This document shows positions 18,981-28,815 of a stretch of DNA of 60,563 nucleotides, in pieces. The translations under genes and the position numbers were made by a program. Source of the DNA: a virus (lineage: Duplodnaviria > Caudoviricetes); IMG/VR virus record IMGVR_UViG_3300032083_001059, positions 1 to 60,563 of that record; one strand, 5' to 3'. Numbering within the stretch: the stretch's first letter is position 1; each line of letters starts with the position of its first letter. The notes under the pieces were generated by a model. The model was not told the DNA's origin, ran no database searches, and worked only from the letters and a program-made list of their open reading frames with translations.

Positions 18981-19199
18981 ATGTTTGATTTAGGGAACTA
19001 CGAGTCAAATACCACAGAAAGATCTTTATTTAAGGGTATTCCAATTGATTACCTAGATTATATAAAGTCTTGCCTTGCAAAATCAACTGCAATAACTGGT
19101 AGGAAGTATAGAATCCGTTTTAGAGGCCCTAGATATGACGCATTTGCATCAAATTGTTTAAAGAGAGATGCAAAAACATTTGCAATTTATAGAAAATAA
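18981..19199 (+). CDS. early hypothetical protein
   Basis: AAGGA RBS; YRIRFRGPR motif. Confidence 0.65.
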   Translation: MFDLGNYESNTTERSLFKGIPIDYLDYIKSCLAKSTAITGRKYRIRFRGPRYDAFASNCLKRDAKTFAIYRK

Positions 19200-19213
19200 C
19201 ATAAGGAGATTAT

Positions 19214-19423
19214 ATGGGTGCATTTTCAGATATGGACATTGAGTTACAGAATTGTGAAACAAGTGCTGAAGCTCATACTTTGATACAAAGTTGGGGTATA
19301 GAAAGAAGAAGTGATTTCTATTCTAAATGTTTTCAACATTGGTATAAATCTAAGTATGATTTTAAAGATTTGTCATCAGAACCTAAAGACAGACATTTTG
19401 AATCATTGAGAGGTAACATTTAA
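19214..19423 (+). CDS. early hypothetical protein
   Basis: AAGGAG RBS. Confidence 0.65.
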   Translation: MGAFSDMDIELQNCETSAEAHTLIQSWGIERRSDFYSKCFQHWYKSKYDFKDLSSEPKDRHFESLRGNI

Positions 19424-19641
19424 TGAGTCCAATAGAATTAACACTATTTACCCTTTTATGCACATTTTGTGCGTATCTTTGGGGTAGATATGAAAATAGA
19501 ATCTCAAGTGAGAAAATATCAGAGGCAACAATAGATATTCTTATTAAAGAGGGTTATGTTCAAATTGATAAAGATAGAAACTTAATAAAGGTTAATGATG
19601 AAATGGTTGATAGCAATAGTTCTTTTGATAAGGACAGTTGA
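19423..19641 (+). CDS. small membrane hypothetical protein
   Basis: N-terminal TM; coupled. Confidence 0.6.
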   Translation: MSPIELTLFTLLCTFCAYLWGRYENRISSEKISEATIDILIKEGYVQIDKDRNLIKVNDEMVDSNSSFDKDS

Positions 19642-20041
19642 TTTACAATCTTGTGAATATAAAAGTGATGATGAAATAATATTTCAAGGTAGTATTGAAT
19701 CAGTAAGAATAGTTAAACAAACAGTTTTTCCATACATTGAAGATACGAGAAAATGTAGAATTAAGATAGATGCTCGTATTAAAAGAAAATGGTATCCCTC
19801 ATCTGGCGAATATGTATTTGGCCCAGATATGTCAGAAACAGAAGCTTGCTCTAAAGCAGAAAATCGTGCAAAATTAAGTATTATGCGAGAAGTGATACCT
19901 GAAACTCTTAAAAGTAAGAGAGAACTAAATTGTTCTAAAAAGGACTTGACAAAATCTAAAAGTTCATGTACAATTGCGTATATGGATGTCTTGATTCGTG
20001 GTCAGGGTAAACAAAAACTTAAAATGGAGATGTGCAAGTAA
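19595..20041 (+). CDS. secreted Cys-containing hypothetical protein
   Basis: Signal-peptide-like N-terminus. Confidence 0.6.
   Translation: MMKWLIAIVLLIRTVDLQSCEYKSDDEIIFQGSIESVRIVKQTVFPYIEDTRKCRIKIDARIKRKWYPSSGEYVFGPDMSETEACSKAENRAKLSIMREVIPETLKSKRELNCSKKDLTKSKSSCTIAYMDVLIRGQGKQKLKMEMCK
19946..19974 (+). promoter_or_regulatory. sigma70-type promoter TTGACA-17-TACAAT (intragenic)
   Basis: Near-perfect consensus. Confidence 0.65.
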
Positions 20042-20181
20042 TGATTAAATTTATTATGGGTATGGCAGTAGGTTTTCTACTATACGATATGGGGCCAGAG
20101 TTAAAAAGTTACATTATTAATTCTGGTAGTGTTGATGTTGCAATTGAAAAATTAGAGGATATTAAAAATGAAAGCAATTAG
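20041..20181 (+). CDS. small membrane protein (46 aa, not in ORF track)
   Basis: MIKFIMGMAVGFLLYD...; GGAG RBS; fills gap. Confidence 0.5.
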   Translation: MIKFIMGMAVGFLLYDMGPELKSYIINSGSVDVAIEKLEDIKNESN

Positions 20182-20782
20182 TATATTATTATTAGGTGTG
20201 GTTGGTTTAGTTGGTTGTGCAAATAAACCACCAATTGATGTGAAAAGTGTAGATTATAAAACTAAAAAGGTTGAAACTGCAATAAGTCAGATTCCTAAAT
20301 GGTTTTTAGAAATACCAAAAGATGAAGAAAATGTTTACTCTACTGGAACTGGTGTTGCACCAGATTTACAACTTGCAGTAGACATTGCAACTATGAACGC
20401 AAAGACTACTCTTGCAGATAGAATCAATGGTAAACTTGATGCAATGATGAAAACATTTATTGCAAAAGTTGGTCAAGACGATTTAGATAGTGAAGTTTTA
20501 ACAGAGGTAGAAAAAGTTGCGAAAAATTTGATTGCAGAAGTTGATGTTGCTGGTTACACGCCAACAAATGTTGAAGTTTTTGCATCAGGAACACAATTTC
20601 GTGCATTTATTTTATTAACATATTCTGAAAAAGAAGCTCGTAAAGTTATAGTAAATAGATTAAGAAAGAACAATCTTGCATATTCTAAACTTAAAGCGAC
20701 CGATGCTTGGAAAGAATTAGAGGAAGAAATTGAAGAAAATAAAAGAGAAATCCAAGAAAGTGCAAAACTTGAGCAAACTTAA
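20168..20782 (+). CDS. LPP20-like lipoprotein
   Basis: Lipobox LVGC; IPKWF...STGTG...A..NAKTTLA. Confidence 0.7.
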   Translation: MKAISILLLGVVGLVGCANKPPIDVKSVDYKTKKVETAISQIPKWFLEIPKDEENVYSTGTGVAPDLQLAVDIATMNAKTTLADRINGKLDAMMKTFIAKVGQDDLDSEVLTEVEKVAKNLIAEVDVAGYTPTNVEVFASGTQFRAFILLTYSEKEARKVIVNRLRKNNLAYSKLKATDAWKELEEEIEENKREIQESAKLEQT

Positions 20783-20888
20783 TCCAGTTGCAAAGTTTGG
20801 TTGGTTGTTTAATAAGTGTGGTGTCTTTCAAGACAAAACAAAAAAAATTGAAAGACATCGTAAACATAAAAATTATTTAGTGGAGTAG
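20769..20888 (+). CDS. small basic protein (39 aa, not in ORF track)
   Basis: NPVAK...FNK...DKTK...RKHK; TTG start, uncertain. Confidence 0.5.
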   Translation: MSKLNPVAKFGWLFNKCGVFQDKTKKIERHRKHKNYLVE

Positions 20889-20890
20889 AC

Positions 20891-21430
20891 ATGAGAATTA
20901 TTTTAGTTATGATGTTAGTTTTATTAACTGGTTGTGCTGGGATAGGTGGATTTGCACCGAGTGGAGTTAGAGATTATAGTTGTGAGCCAATGTGCAACTC
21001 TGGTGATTTCTATATTCCAGGCAAGGGACATTGGGCACCAAAAAAACAAATGCTTAAAGCAGACTATGGTGCGATAGGTGGTTCTGCAATCGCAGCCGCA
21101 ATTGCAACATCTACCGATGACCCTTTAATTGTTGCGACTGCAGCTGTTGTTGGTTTAGTGGTTGGACATGGTGTTGGTAATACTTTAGATAAGATAGACC
21201 AAATTCATGCGACTATGGTTTTGAGAGATTCACTAAATTATAATCGTGATGGGCAAAGTTCTACTTGGTATCACCCAACAAAAAATATGGTAGTAAATGC
21301 AATGCCAACTGTTACTAATGGAGATTGTAGAGAATTTGTAACAGATGTTCAAGTAGATAAAAACATTAAACAAATGCGTGGAACTGCATGTTTAGATAAT
21401 AATGAGTGGAAACTCAAGGAGATATATTAG
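20891..21430 (+). CDS. 17-kDa surface-antigen-like glycine-zipper lipoprotein
   Basis: LTGC lipobox; Gly zipper; CREF...GTAC...W. Confidence 0.75.
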   Translation: MRIILVMMLVLLTGCAGIGGFAPSGVRDYSCEPMCNSGDFYIPGKGHWAPKKQMLKADYGAIGGSAIAAAIATSTDDPLIVATAAVVGLVVGHGVGNTLDKIDQIHATMVLRDSLNYNRDGQSSTWYHPTKNMVVNAMPTVTNGDCREFVTDVQVDKNIKQMRGTACLDNNEWKLKEIY

Positions 21431-21672
21431 TGGGAAGAAAGTATAAAAAGGCAAAACAATCTTTTGATAAAAGAATAGAAGTTATTAATGGTGATATAAA
21501 TCGTGCATTAAGAAACTTGAAAAAGAAAGTTCAAAATGGTGGTATCTTAAATGATTTGAGAAAAAAAGAATTTTATCAATCAAGAGGTACTAAAGTTAGA
21601 TTGCAGAAGGCTGCTGGTAAAAGAAGATGGTTAAAAAAACAAGCAGATATGATACCACAAAAGAGGTTCTAA
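21430..21672 (+). CDS. rpsU: ribosomal protein bS21
   Basis: IEVINGDINRALRNLKKKVQNGGILNDLRKKEFY...AAGKRRW; AAGGAG then GTG. Confidence 0.85.
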   Translation: MGRKYKKAKQSFDKRIEVINGDINRALRNLKKKVQNGGILNDLRKKEFYQSRGTKVRLQKAAGKRRWLKKQADMIPQKRF

Positions 21673-21676
21673 AATT

Positions 21677-22150
21677 ATGTCTAAAAGAAAAATGACACCA
21701 GAGCAAAGAGAAGCAGCTGTGGAAAGACTTAGAATCGCAAGAGAAAAACGATTAAAAGAAAATCCACCAGAGTATAAAAACATACACTCAAAAGTAAAAA
21801 ATTTACCTGATGATGATACTTTCTCACTTAAAAATGTTCGTAAGTGGATTAAAACACAAAGAGAATTACTTTTATCTGCAAAAAGTGATGCAAGAAATAA
21901 TATAAAAGGTGCAGAATCAAAAATAATGGATATACAAGGTTATATTCGTCATTGTGAAGATTATATTAAATATGGAGATTGGATTGATATGAGGTGTGGC
22001 GAGTATCAAGAAAAGAAAGTAACTTTTAAATGTACCTCTATGGCATATGATGCAGCTGGAAATCCAAAAAGAGTTGTAGGAATTTGGTATCCTGATATTG
22101 CGTGTGAGTGGACAAGAGAAATGGACGATGAAGAAAGAAATAGAAAATAA
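21677..22150 (+). CDS. conserved T4-like hypothetical protein
   Basis: RKMTPEQREAAVERL...SLKNVRKWIK. Confidence 0.7.
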   Translation: MSKRKMTPEQREAAVERLRIAREKRLKENPPEYKNIHSKVKNLPDDDTFSLKNVRKWIKTQRELLLSAKSDARNNIKGAESKIMDIQGYIRHCEDYIKYGDWIDMRCGEYQEKKVTFKCTSMAYDAAGNPKRVVGIWYPDIACEWTREMDDEERNRK

Positions 22151-22517
22151 TGTTGTTGTAGGGCCGTGGAAAAAATCTTCAAAAACTCCACCAAAATTGA
22201 GTGAAGAAGAAATTAAGAAACGAAAACTTGAAGAACTAAAAAACAACATTATGCAAATAGAAAAACTCACAGAGAATATTGTTTTACAAATGATTCATAC
22301 TTTAAAAGAAAATAATTTTGATTTAAGCTCTACAAATTTTATTAAAGATGTTGCATTTGTAAATGAGTCTATTAAAGGTTTAATTAATAGGCAGTATGGT
22401 TATGAAAATATTATGATTGATTTAATGGATAAATTAATTCAAATGAAAAAAAAAGATGGTAAGTATTACACAACATTTAGAGGTGATATACTTAAAAAGA
22501 TTGTAGAGGATTCGTAA
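22128..22517 (+). CDS. hypothetical protein
   Basis: NNVVVGPW N-terminus. Confidence 0.6.
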   Translation: MKKEIENNVVVGPWKKSSKTPPKLSEEEIKKRKLEELKNNIMQIEKLTENIVLQMIHTLKENNFDLSSTNFIKDVAFVNESIKGLINRQYGYENIMIDLMDKLIQMKKKDGKYYTTFRGDILKKIVEDS

Positions 22518-23206
22518 TGGATAATAAAATTAAATTTCACGAACCATTTAGCCCCATCATTATGGAATCTAAAGTTCCAGATAAATTTTTAAATTTAATT
22601 AATGGTGTTGGTGACGAAGTTTTAAATGATGAAGTAAAATCAAGAGAATGGGATTGGTCTGGGCAACTTGTAGGTAAAGTTCATAAAGAAGTTAGAATAC
22701 CAATAACAAATAAAGAAGATAGTGCGTATTGTTTAGATGTTATTAGAAAAGGTTGTTTACAATATTTAAACAATAATATTAAAAGAAATAAAGCTCACAT
22801 AGATTTGTTTACTTTACATAGTGAAAACCACAAATTTAAGCATGGTGATTTAACAGAGCAAAATATTCGTATAGACCAAACTTGGATTGTAAGTCAATAT
22901 AAAGGTGAATACAATCCATGGCATAAACACTCTGGGCATTTGTCTGGTGTGATATATTTAAAAATACCAAAAGATATGGATAAACATTTTGAAAAAGAAA
23001 TGGAAGACCATTATCCAGTAAGTGGTATGATACAGTTCACATATGGTGAATCTGCAAATTTAAGAAATGATACTTTGACATTTAAGCCAGAGGTTGGACA
23101 GTTTTTAATTTTTCCATCATGGTTAAAACATTCAGTATATCCTTTTTATTGTGATGGTGAAAGAAGAAGTATGAGTTTTAATGTTTATTATAAAACAGTA
23201 GGATAA
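22517..23206 (+). CDS. 2OG-Fe(II) oxygenase superfamily
   Basis: YNPWHKH, LSGVIYL, FPSWLKHSVYP, RRSMSFN. Confidence 0.85.
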   Translation: MDNKIKFHEPFSPIIMESKVPDKFLNLINGVGDEVLNDEVKSREWDWSGQLVGKVHKEVRIPITNKEDSAYCLDVIRKGCLQYLNNNIKRNKAHIDLFTLHSENHKFKHGDLTEQNIRIDQTWIVSQYKGEYNPWHKHSGHLSGVIYLKIPKDMDKHFEKEMEDHYPVSGMIQFTYGESANLRNDTLTFKPEVGQFLIFPSWLKHSVYPFYCDGERRSMSFNVYYKTVG

Positions 23207-23210
23207 GAAA

Positions 23211-24062
23211 ATGATTATTATTGATATGAATCAAATTGCACTTGCAAGTGTAATGATGCAATTAAGATTAGACGAAACAACACAAGTTGATGAAAGTATG
23301 GTTAGGCACATGATACTTAATTCTGTTCGTAATTATGTAATGGAATTTAAAAGTGATTATGTGCAAACTGATGAAGATATTATTCTCGCATGGGATTCAA
23401 AACACTACTGGCGTAGAGATTTATTTCCACAATATAAAGCTAGTAGAAAAAAGAATAGAGAAAAATCTAATCTTGATTGGAATAAAATATTTGAAGTTAC
23501 AAATAAAATACGAGATGAAATAAAAGAAAATTTACCATACAAATCTGTTGAAGTTTATGGTGCAGAGGCTGATGATATTATTGCAGTTATTACACAAAGT
23601 TGCTACACTAAAGATGTTATGATTATATCAAGTGATAAAGATTTTATACAGTTACATAAAGAAAATGTAAAGCAATGGAGTCCAGTAACTAAAAAAGAAG
23701 TAAATGGACATGATCCAAACACCTATATAAAAGAACACATATTGAAAGGTGATTCTGGTGATGGTGTTCCAAATGTGTTATCACCAGACCATACTTTTAC
23801 TGATGGGTTAAGGCAAAAACCATTAGGTAAAAAAAGAATAGATAAAATGATAAATGAAAATATTGATGATTGGAATGATGAAGTGAAAAGAAACTATCAA
23901 AGAAACTTAAAGCTAATAGACCTTAAAAATATTCCTAACAACATTGAATCAGATATCATTAACGCAATAGAAACTTCATCTTGTGGTGACAGGAGTAAAT
24001 TGTTAAATTATCTTACAACAAACAAATTAAAAACATTAACTGAAAACATTGGAGATTTTTAA
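23211..24062 (+). CDS. rnh: T4 RNase H (5'-3' exonuclease)
   Basis: IIDMNQ, YWRR..FPQYKASR, EADDII, SSDKDF, GDSGDGVPN. Confidence 0.93.
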   Translation: MIIIDMNQIALASVMMQLRLDETTQVDESMVRHMILNSVRNYVMEFKSDYVQTDEDIILAWDSKHYWRRDLFPQYKASRKKNREKSNLDWNKIFEVTNKIRDEIKENLPYKSVEVYGAEADDIIAVITQSCYTKDVMIISSDKDFIQLHKENVKQWSPVTKKEVNGHDPNTYIKEHILKGDSGDGVPNVLSPDHTFTDGLRQKPLGKKRIDKMINENIDDWNDEVKRNYQRNLKLIDLKNIPNNIESDIINAIETSSCGDRSKLLNYLTTNKLKTLTENIGDF

Positions 24063-24063
24063 A

Positions 24064-24561
24064 ATGGCAGGCTCAACACTATTATATTCAGAAATCCTTG
24101 AGTTAGTTCACAAGGCAAAAACAAAAAAAGAAAAAGTTAGAATACTAAAACAATACAATTCTGACGGACTTCGCATGATAATTAAGTCATCCTTTGACCC
24201 AAAAATTAAATGGGTATTCCCAAAAGGAGATGTTCCATATACAAAAAATGATGCACCAGCTGGAACAGAACATACCATATTATCTCAGCAAGTAAAAAAG
24301 ATTTTTAGATTTATTGAGGGTGGTGATAGAGAAACACCACAGTTCAAAAAAGAACAGATGTTCATTCAAATGTTAGAAGGTTTACATGAGAGTGAGGCAG
24401 AGTTACTTGTTAATGCAAAAGATAAAAAATTACACCAAGTTTACAAAGGATTATCTACAAATGTAGTTCAAGAAGCATTTGATTGGGATAATAACTTTAT
24501 GTTAATTGGTGATAGGTACATGGCAGCTAGCCGTTCTGCAACTGGTACTGTTGATGAATAG
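24064..24561 (+). CDS. conserved T4-like hypothetical protein
   Basis: FDPKIKW.FPKGDVPY...FIQMLEGLHESEAELL; typical rnh neighbour. Confidence 0.75.
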   Translation: MAGSTLLYSEILELVHKAKTKKEKVRILKQYNSDGLRMIIKSSFDPKIKWVFPKGDVPYTKNDAPAGTEHTILSQQVKKIFRFIEGGDRETPQFKKEQMFIQMLEGLHESEAELLVNAKDKKLHQVYKGLSTNVVQEAFDWDNNFMLIGDRYMAASRSATGTVDE

Positions 24562-24570
24562 GAGATTATA

Positions 24571-25134
24571 ATGGAAAAATATTTACCAGACTTAAAATTT
24601 AAAGTTAGAGTAAAAAGTAAAGTTGGTGTTTCTTATGAGTGGGGAGAATACACAACAGATGATTACTTTGGAAAAGGAAAAAGTGTTTTATTTTCTTTGC
24701 CTGGTGCATTTACACCTACTTGCACTAATTTTCAGTTGCCAGGATTTGATTTAAAATTTAGTGAATTTCAAAAACATGGAGTTGACAATATTTACTGTAT
24801 AAGTGTTAATGATAGTTTTGTTATGAACGCATGGAAAAGTGAATTAAAAATTAAAAATGTAGAGATGATACCTGATGGTAATGGAGATTTTACTGAAAAG
24901 ATGGGTATGTTATGTAATAAAAAACATTTAGGATTTGGATTTAGGTCTTGGAGATACGCTTGTGTGATTGAAGATGGTAATGTTATCGCATGGTTTGAAG
25001 AAAAAGGCTATAATAATAATGGACTTGATGATGACCCATACGAGGAAACTAAACCAGAAAATGTATTGGAATGGTTGGAGAAAAATTCATCACCAGCTGC
25101 ATGGCCTTTTCCAACAAGTCCAGTAAGTGACTGA
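24571..25134 (+). CDS. peroxiredoxin (Prx5/redoxin family)
   Basis: PGAFTPTC, SVNDSFVMNAW, PDGNGDFT, RSWRY. Confidence 0.92.
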   Translation: MEKYLPDLKFKVRVKSKVGVSYEWGEYTTDDYFGKGKSVLFSLPGAFTPTCTNFQLPGFDLKFSEFQKHGVDNIYCISVNDSFVMNAWKSELKIKNVEMIPDGNGDFTEKMGMLCNKKHLGFGFRSWRYACVIEDGNVIAWFEEKGYNNNGLDDDPYEETKPENVLEWLEKNSSPAAWPFPTSPVSD

Positions 25135-25193
25135 TTTTAAAGGAATCTTTTTTTAATAAAACCCTTGACATATTTGTTAAATAGTAATAAAAT
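25124..25193 (+). promoter_or_regulatory. IHF-consensus site plus early promoter TTGACA(25165)-17-TAAAAT
   Basis: Copy 2 of the repeated element. Confidence 0.75.
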
Positions 25194-25225
25194 ATACATA
25201 TGATTAACAAATATGGTAATAAATT

Positions 25226-25543
25226 ATGATTGCAGTACAAAAAGGTAACACAGTTTTAGAGGGTATTAATAACATGATTGATGCTATGAAATCTGACTAT
25301 AACAATAGTAGTTTTTCAGGCGATAAACAATACGAAATTAAAGTTGGTAAGAAATACATCAAAGTTATATCAGATGGTGGTGTTAATTCTTTTGTAGTTA
25401 ACACAGACACAGATCCAAAATTTAAGTTAGGTGATGTGTTAATGGCTGCAAGTTGGAACTCTCCAGCAAGAAATTCTGCAAGAGGTAATGTGTTAGAGGG
25501 TGGTTTTCCAATTCAGTGGACAGGGCCACTTTACTTAAGATGA
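25226..25543 (+). CDS. conserved phage early hypothetical protein
   Basis: GKKYIKV...GDVLMAASWNSPARNSARGNV. Confidence 0.75.
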   Translation: MIAVQKGNTVLEGINNMIDAMKSDYNNSSFSGDKQYEIKVGKKYIKVISDGGVNSFVVNTDTDPKFKLGDVLMAASWNSPARNSARGNVLEGGFPIQWTGPLYLR

Positions 25544-25544
25544 T

Positions 25545-25958
25545 ATGAATTTAGTATCAGTTGAGGGTAGTTACAAAAGACGGCGTCTTTTAACAGAAGA
25601 TGTCGTTTTCTTTTGTATTGAAAAACTAATGCCCAAAATGAAAACTCTTGAGATTGATGTAACTCTTAAAAATATAAAAGAAGCAGATGGTTATTGTTAC
25701 AGCATCACCACAAGAGAGTTTGACCTTGAAATAGATAAAAAACTAAGTGAAGAAATGTTTATCTCAACTATCGCACATGAGATGGTTCATGTATGGCAAT
25801 ACGCAACAAAACAATTAACTCAAAAGTATAATAAAGAGTTTTGGAAAGGTAATGACTATACAGATACACCATACCATGATGTGCCTTGGGAAAAACAAGC
25901 ATTATTAATGGAAGTAGATTTATTAAAACAATACAAGGAATATAGAAATGAAAAATAA
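25545..25958 (+). CDS. zincin-like metallopeptidase (SprT-like)
   Basis: AHEMVHVWQY...PWEKQA. Confidence 0.75.
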   Translation: MNLVSVEGSYKRRRLLTEDVVFFCIEKLMPKMKTLEIDVTLKNIKEADGYCYSITTREFDLEIDKKLSEEMFISTIAHEMVHVWQYATKQLTQKYNKEFWKGNDYTDTPYHDVPWEKQALLMEVDLLKQYKEYRNEK

Positions 25959-26553
25959 AACATTTGTAATATTAGGATTAGTAAATGTAATTTTAATACT
26001 ATCCTTTATTGGTTTATTAATTAGTTTTAAAGTAGACAAAGAAAAAGAAGTAATAGAGGCACAGAAAAAAAGAGAGTTATCTCAAGATGAAATTAATGAG
26101 GTATTTTGTCTTGCAGAAAATATTTATTTTGAAGCTAGAAATCAGGGAACAGCTGGTTGGTTAGGTGTAACTAATGTCACTATAAACAGAAAAAATGACA
26201 GTAGATTTCCTAATACAATTTGTGAAGTTGTCTATCAAGCGTATATGACTGAATCATCTAAAACAAAAGGTAAGGATTTACCACAAGGTAAAAGACAGTA
26301 TGTTCCAATTTTGAACAAATGTCAATTTAGTTGGTTTTGTGATAACAAGCCAGACGATATAGTGCATAAAGATTTATTTCAAGAAATATATGAATTTTCT
26401 GAAATCGCACTTACATCTGATTTTGAAATAAATGATATTACAGATGGTGCAACTCATTACCACGCACACTATGTGAAACCAGCTTGGAGAAAATCAAAGA
26501 CAAGAACAGTAAGTATTGGTGACCATATTTTTTATAGGTGGGAAACTGAATAA
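25948..26553 (+). CDS. cell wall hydrolase (SleB/Hydrolase_2)
   Basis: CLAENIYFEARNQ, FPNTICEVV, CQFSW, GATHYHA, IGDHIFY; N-terminal TM. Confidence 0.9.
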   Translation: MKNKTFVILGLVNVILILSFIGLLISFKVDKEKEVIEAQKKRELSQDEINEVFCLAENIYFEARNQGTAGWLGVTNVTINRKNDSRFPNTICEVVYQAYMTESSKTKGKDLPQGKRQYVPILNKCQFSWFCDNKPDDIVHKDLFQEIYEFSEIALTSDFEINDITDGATHYHAHYVKPAWRKSKTRTVSIGDHIFYRWETE

Positions 26554-26558
26554 TTGTC

Positions 26559-26587
26559 TTGACAAAAGATTCAATTTATATTACAAT
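26559..26587 (+). promoter_or_regulatory. sigma70-type promoter TTGACA-17-TACAAT
   Basis: Near-perfect consensus, intergenic. Confidence 0.75.
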
Positions 26588-26607
26588 GAAAAAAACTTGG
26601 AGAAATA

Positions 26608-27177
26608 ATGAACATATTTTATCTACATGAAAATCCAGAGGTGTGTGCGAAGATGCATTGCGACAAGCATGTTGTCAAAATGATAATTGAATACGCACAA
26701 ATGTTATCAACTGCACACAGAATGTTAGATGGTGTTGCAGTTAAAAAACCAAGTAAGTCTGGTAAAACAATGGTGACGCATTGGGATTTATATGAGGGTT
26801 GTGATGATTTAGAGGCAGAGATGACTTATTACAAAGCTGTTCATTTTAATCACCCATGCACAGTTTGGACAAGAATATCAAAACAAAATTATCAATACCT
26901 TTATAATTTATTTTGTGCATTATGTGATGAGTATACTTTTAGATACAATAAAATACATGAAACAGATACTAAACTTAGAAATGCATTATGGGCACTTCCA
27001 AACAATATTTCAGATATTGGTTTTACGGAGCCACCACAAGCTATGCCAGACTATTGTAAAGTAGATGGCAATCCAATACAAGCATATCACAACTACTATA
27101 TAAAAGAGAAATCAAGATTTGCAGTATGGAAAAAAAGAGAGAAGCCGAGGTGGTTTTATGACAGTAAACAAAATTGA
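26608..27177 (+). CDS. pyrimidine dimer DNA glycosylase-like protein
   Basis: MNIFYL...HCDKHVVKMI.E.AQMLS, HFNHPC, PQAMPD. Confidence 0.8.
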   Translation: MNIFYLHENPEVCAKMHCDKHVVKMIIEYAQMLSTAHRMLDGVAVKKPSKSGKTMVTHWDLYEGCDDLEAEMTYYKAVHFNHPCTVWTRISKQNYQYLYNLFCALCDEYTFRYNKIHETDTKLRNALWALPNNISDIGFTEPPQAMPDYCKVDGNPIQAYHNYYIKEKSRFAVWKKREKPRWFYDSKQN

Positions 27178-27358
27178 AGAATTAGAAAAACATATTATGG
27201 GTTACAAAAAAGATAATGCAGAGTTAACAAAAACTTATTATGATTCGTTAAAAAGAACTGATAAGTTGGTGCAAGGAATTAATAAACTAATTGAAGAAAA
27301 CAAGAAATTAAAAAAAATGATAAGAACTTTGAAAATGGAACAAATTAAAAATGTTTAA
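27158..27358 (+). CDS. coiled-coil hypothetical protein
   Basis: GAGG RBS. Confidence 0.55.
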   Translation: MTVNKIEELEKHIMGYKKDNAELTKTYYDSLKRTDKLVQGINKLIEENKKLKKMIRTLKMEQIKNV

Positions 27359-27575
27359 AGGTAAAGTTGAAGAAATGTTTGGTATATCATCTAATCCCAA
27401 TCATAGAGCAAAAACAATGAAGATGTTAGATGGTATGGATATAAAATATAAAAAAGATGGTAAAAATGGACTTATCATTTTGGGTATTGCACCAGAAGGT
27501 AGAAAAGGTATAATTGATAAAATCCACGAAAATATTGGTATGACTTCTTATAGGGTATATGGTAAAATTATTTAA
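27351..27575 (+). CDS. hypothetical protein
   Basis: Overlapping operon ORF. Confidence 0.55.
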   Translation: MFKGKVEEMFGISSNPNHRAKTMKMLDGMDIKYKKDGKNGLIILGIAPEGRKGIIDKIHENIGMTSYRVYGKII

Positions 27576-28146
27576 TGCAGATTTATTTATTGAAAAAAAC
27601 ATAGGAACTTTAGAAGAAAGAAAACAACTAAAAGATTTCTTAATTTCAATATCTCAAGATGATAAAGTTAAAAATGACCCATTTTCTAATGAGGGTTGTT
27701 TTAGATTTAACTTTAATGTTCTCAACAATTCTATTAATTGGTTAAATGAATCACAACTAAAATTAACAGAAAAAGCTATGAGCCACTATACACCATTAGA
27801 TGAAAAATATAGTGAGCAATTGCAAAAAACAAAATTTACAATGTATTACAATTCTTGGGTAAATATCAATGAGCCAGGCTCTAAAAATACAATACACGCA
27901 CATAAAGAACATATGTTTGCATCAGTATATTACTTACAAGGAACTGATACTGGAAAAATTTGGTTTCACAATGAATCAAATTTATTAGGGCAATGTAGTG
28001 TAACTTCACCATTTGTGCGTAAATTTGGATACGAGCCTGAAGATGGAGATTTAATTCTATGGCCTGCATGGGTGCCACATGAGGTTGAAGTTAATAATTC
28101 AAATAGACAGAGAATAAATATAACAAGTAATATAGATATGAGATGA
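27559..28146 (+). CDS. 2OG-Fe(II) oxygenase superfamily
   Basis: WVNIN, HAH, SVYY, WPAWVPHEV, RINI. Confidence 0.85.
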   Translation: MVKLFNADLFIEKNIGTLEERKQLKDFLISISQDDKVKNDPFSNEGCFRFNFNVLNNSINWLNESQLKLTEKAMSHYTPLDEKYSEQLQKTKFTMYYNSWVNINEPGSKNTIHAHKEHMFASVYYLQGTDTGKIWFHNESNLLGQCSVTSPFVRKFGYEPEDGDLILWPAWVPHEVEVNNSNRQRINITSNIDMR

Positions 28147-28158
28147 GGTGAAAATTTT

Positions 28159-28812
28159 ATGGAAGAAGTTAAAATATTAAAACAAGATGTAATGCCAGTT
28201 CATGCACTTCCAGTGTACAAAGAAGAAACTAATTTTATTTTAACCAAAGACGAACTAGATACTGTTTTAAATCAAGATTATCACATTACTAAACAAAGTG
28301 GTAAGAATGGTGTTAAAATTTCTAAAACTGACAAAGTATTAGAAGATGAAAAATTACACAGAGTTAAAATTTTTATACTTTCAAGATTTAATCATTATGT
28401 AGAAAAAATATTACAAATTGAAAATTGTTTTTACTTAACTCAAAGTTGGAGTGCAATAAATGGTAAAGATTCAACACACCATTTACACGCACACCCAAAT
28501 ACGATTTTAAGCTGTGTTTACTATGCAGCTGCAAATCCTGATAATGGTGGCGAGTTGCGATTAAAAATGCAAAGGAGTAGATTACAAGAGGGTTTTTATT
28601 TTGCTTATGAAAAAAAAGAACCTAATGTTTTTAATTCTCACGCAACAGACATAAAAGTAAAAACTGGAGATATAGTTATGTTTCCTGGCTGGGTTGACCA
28701 TGAGTCATTACCAAATAAAAGTGATGAGCAAAGACTCATCATAGGAACTAATTATTTTGCAGTAGGTAAACTTGGCAAAGTAGCAAATAAAGAATTTATA
28801 GAGATAGGATAA
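28159..28812 (+). CDS. 2OG-Fe(II) oxygenase superfamily
   Basis: HHLHAHPN, SCVYY, FPGWVDHES, RLII. Confidence 0.85.
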   Translation: MEEVKILKQDVMPVHALPVYKEETNFILTKDELDTVLNQDYHITKQSGKNGVKISKTDKVLEDEKLHRVKIFILSRFNHYVEKILQIENCFYLTQSWSAINGKDSTHHLHAHPNTILSCVYYAAANPDNGGELRLKMQRSRLQEGFYFAYEKKEPNVFNSHATDIKVKTGDIVMFPGWVDHESLPNKSDEQRLIIGTNYFAVGKLGKVANKEFIEIG

Positions 28813-28815
28813 AGT

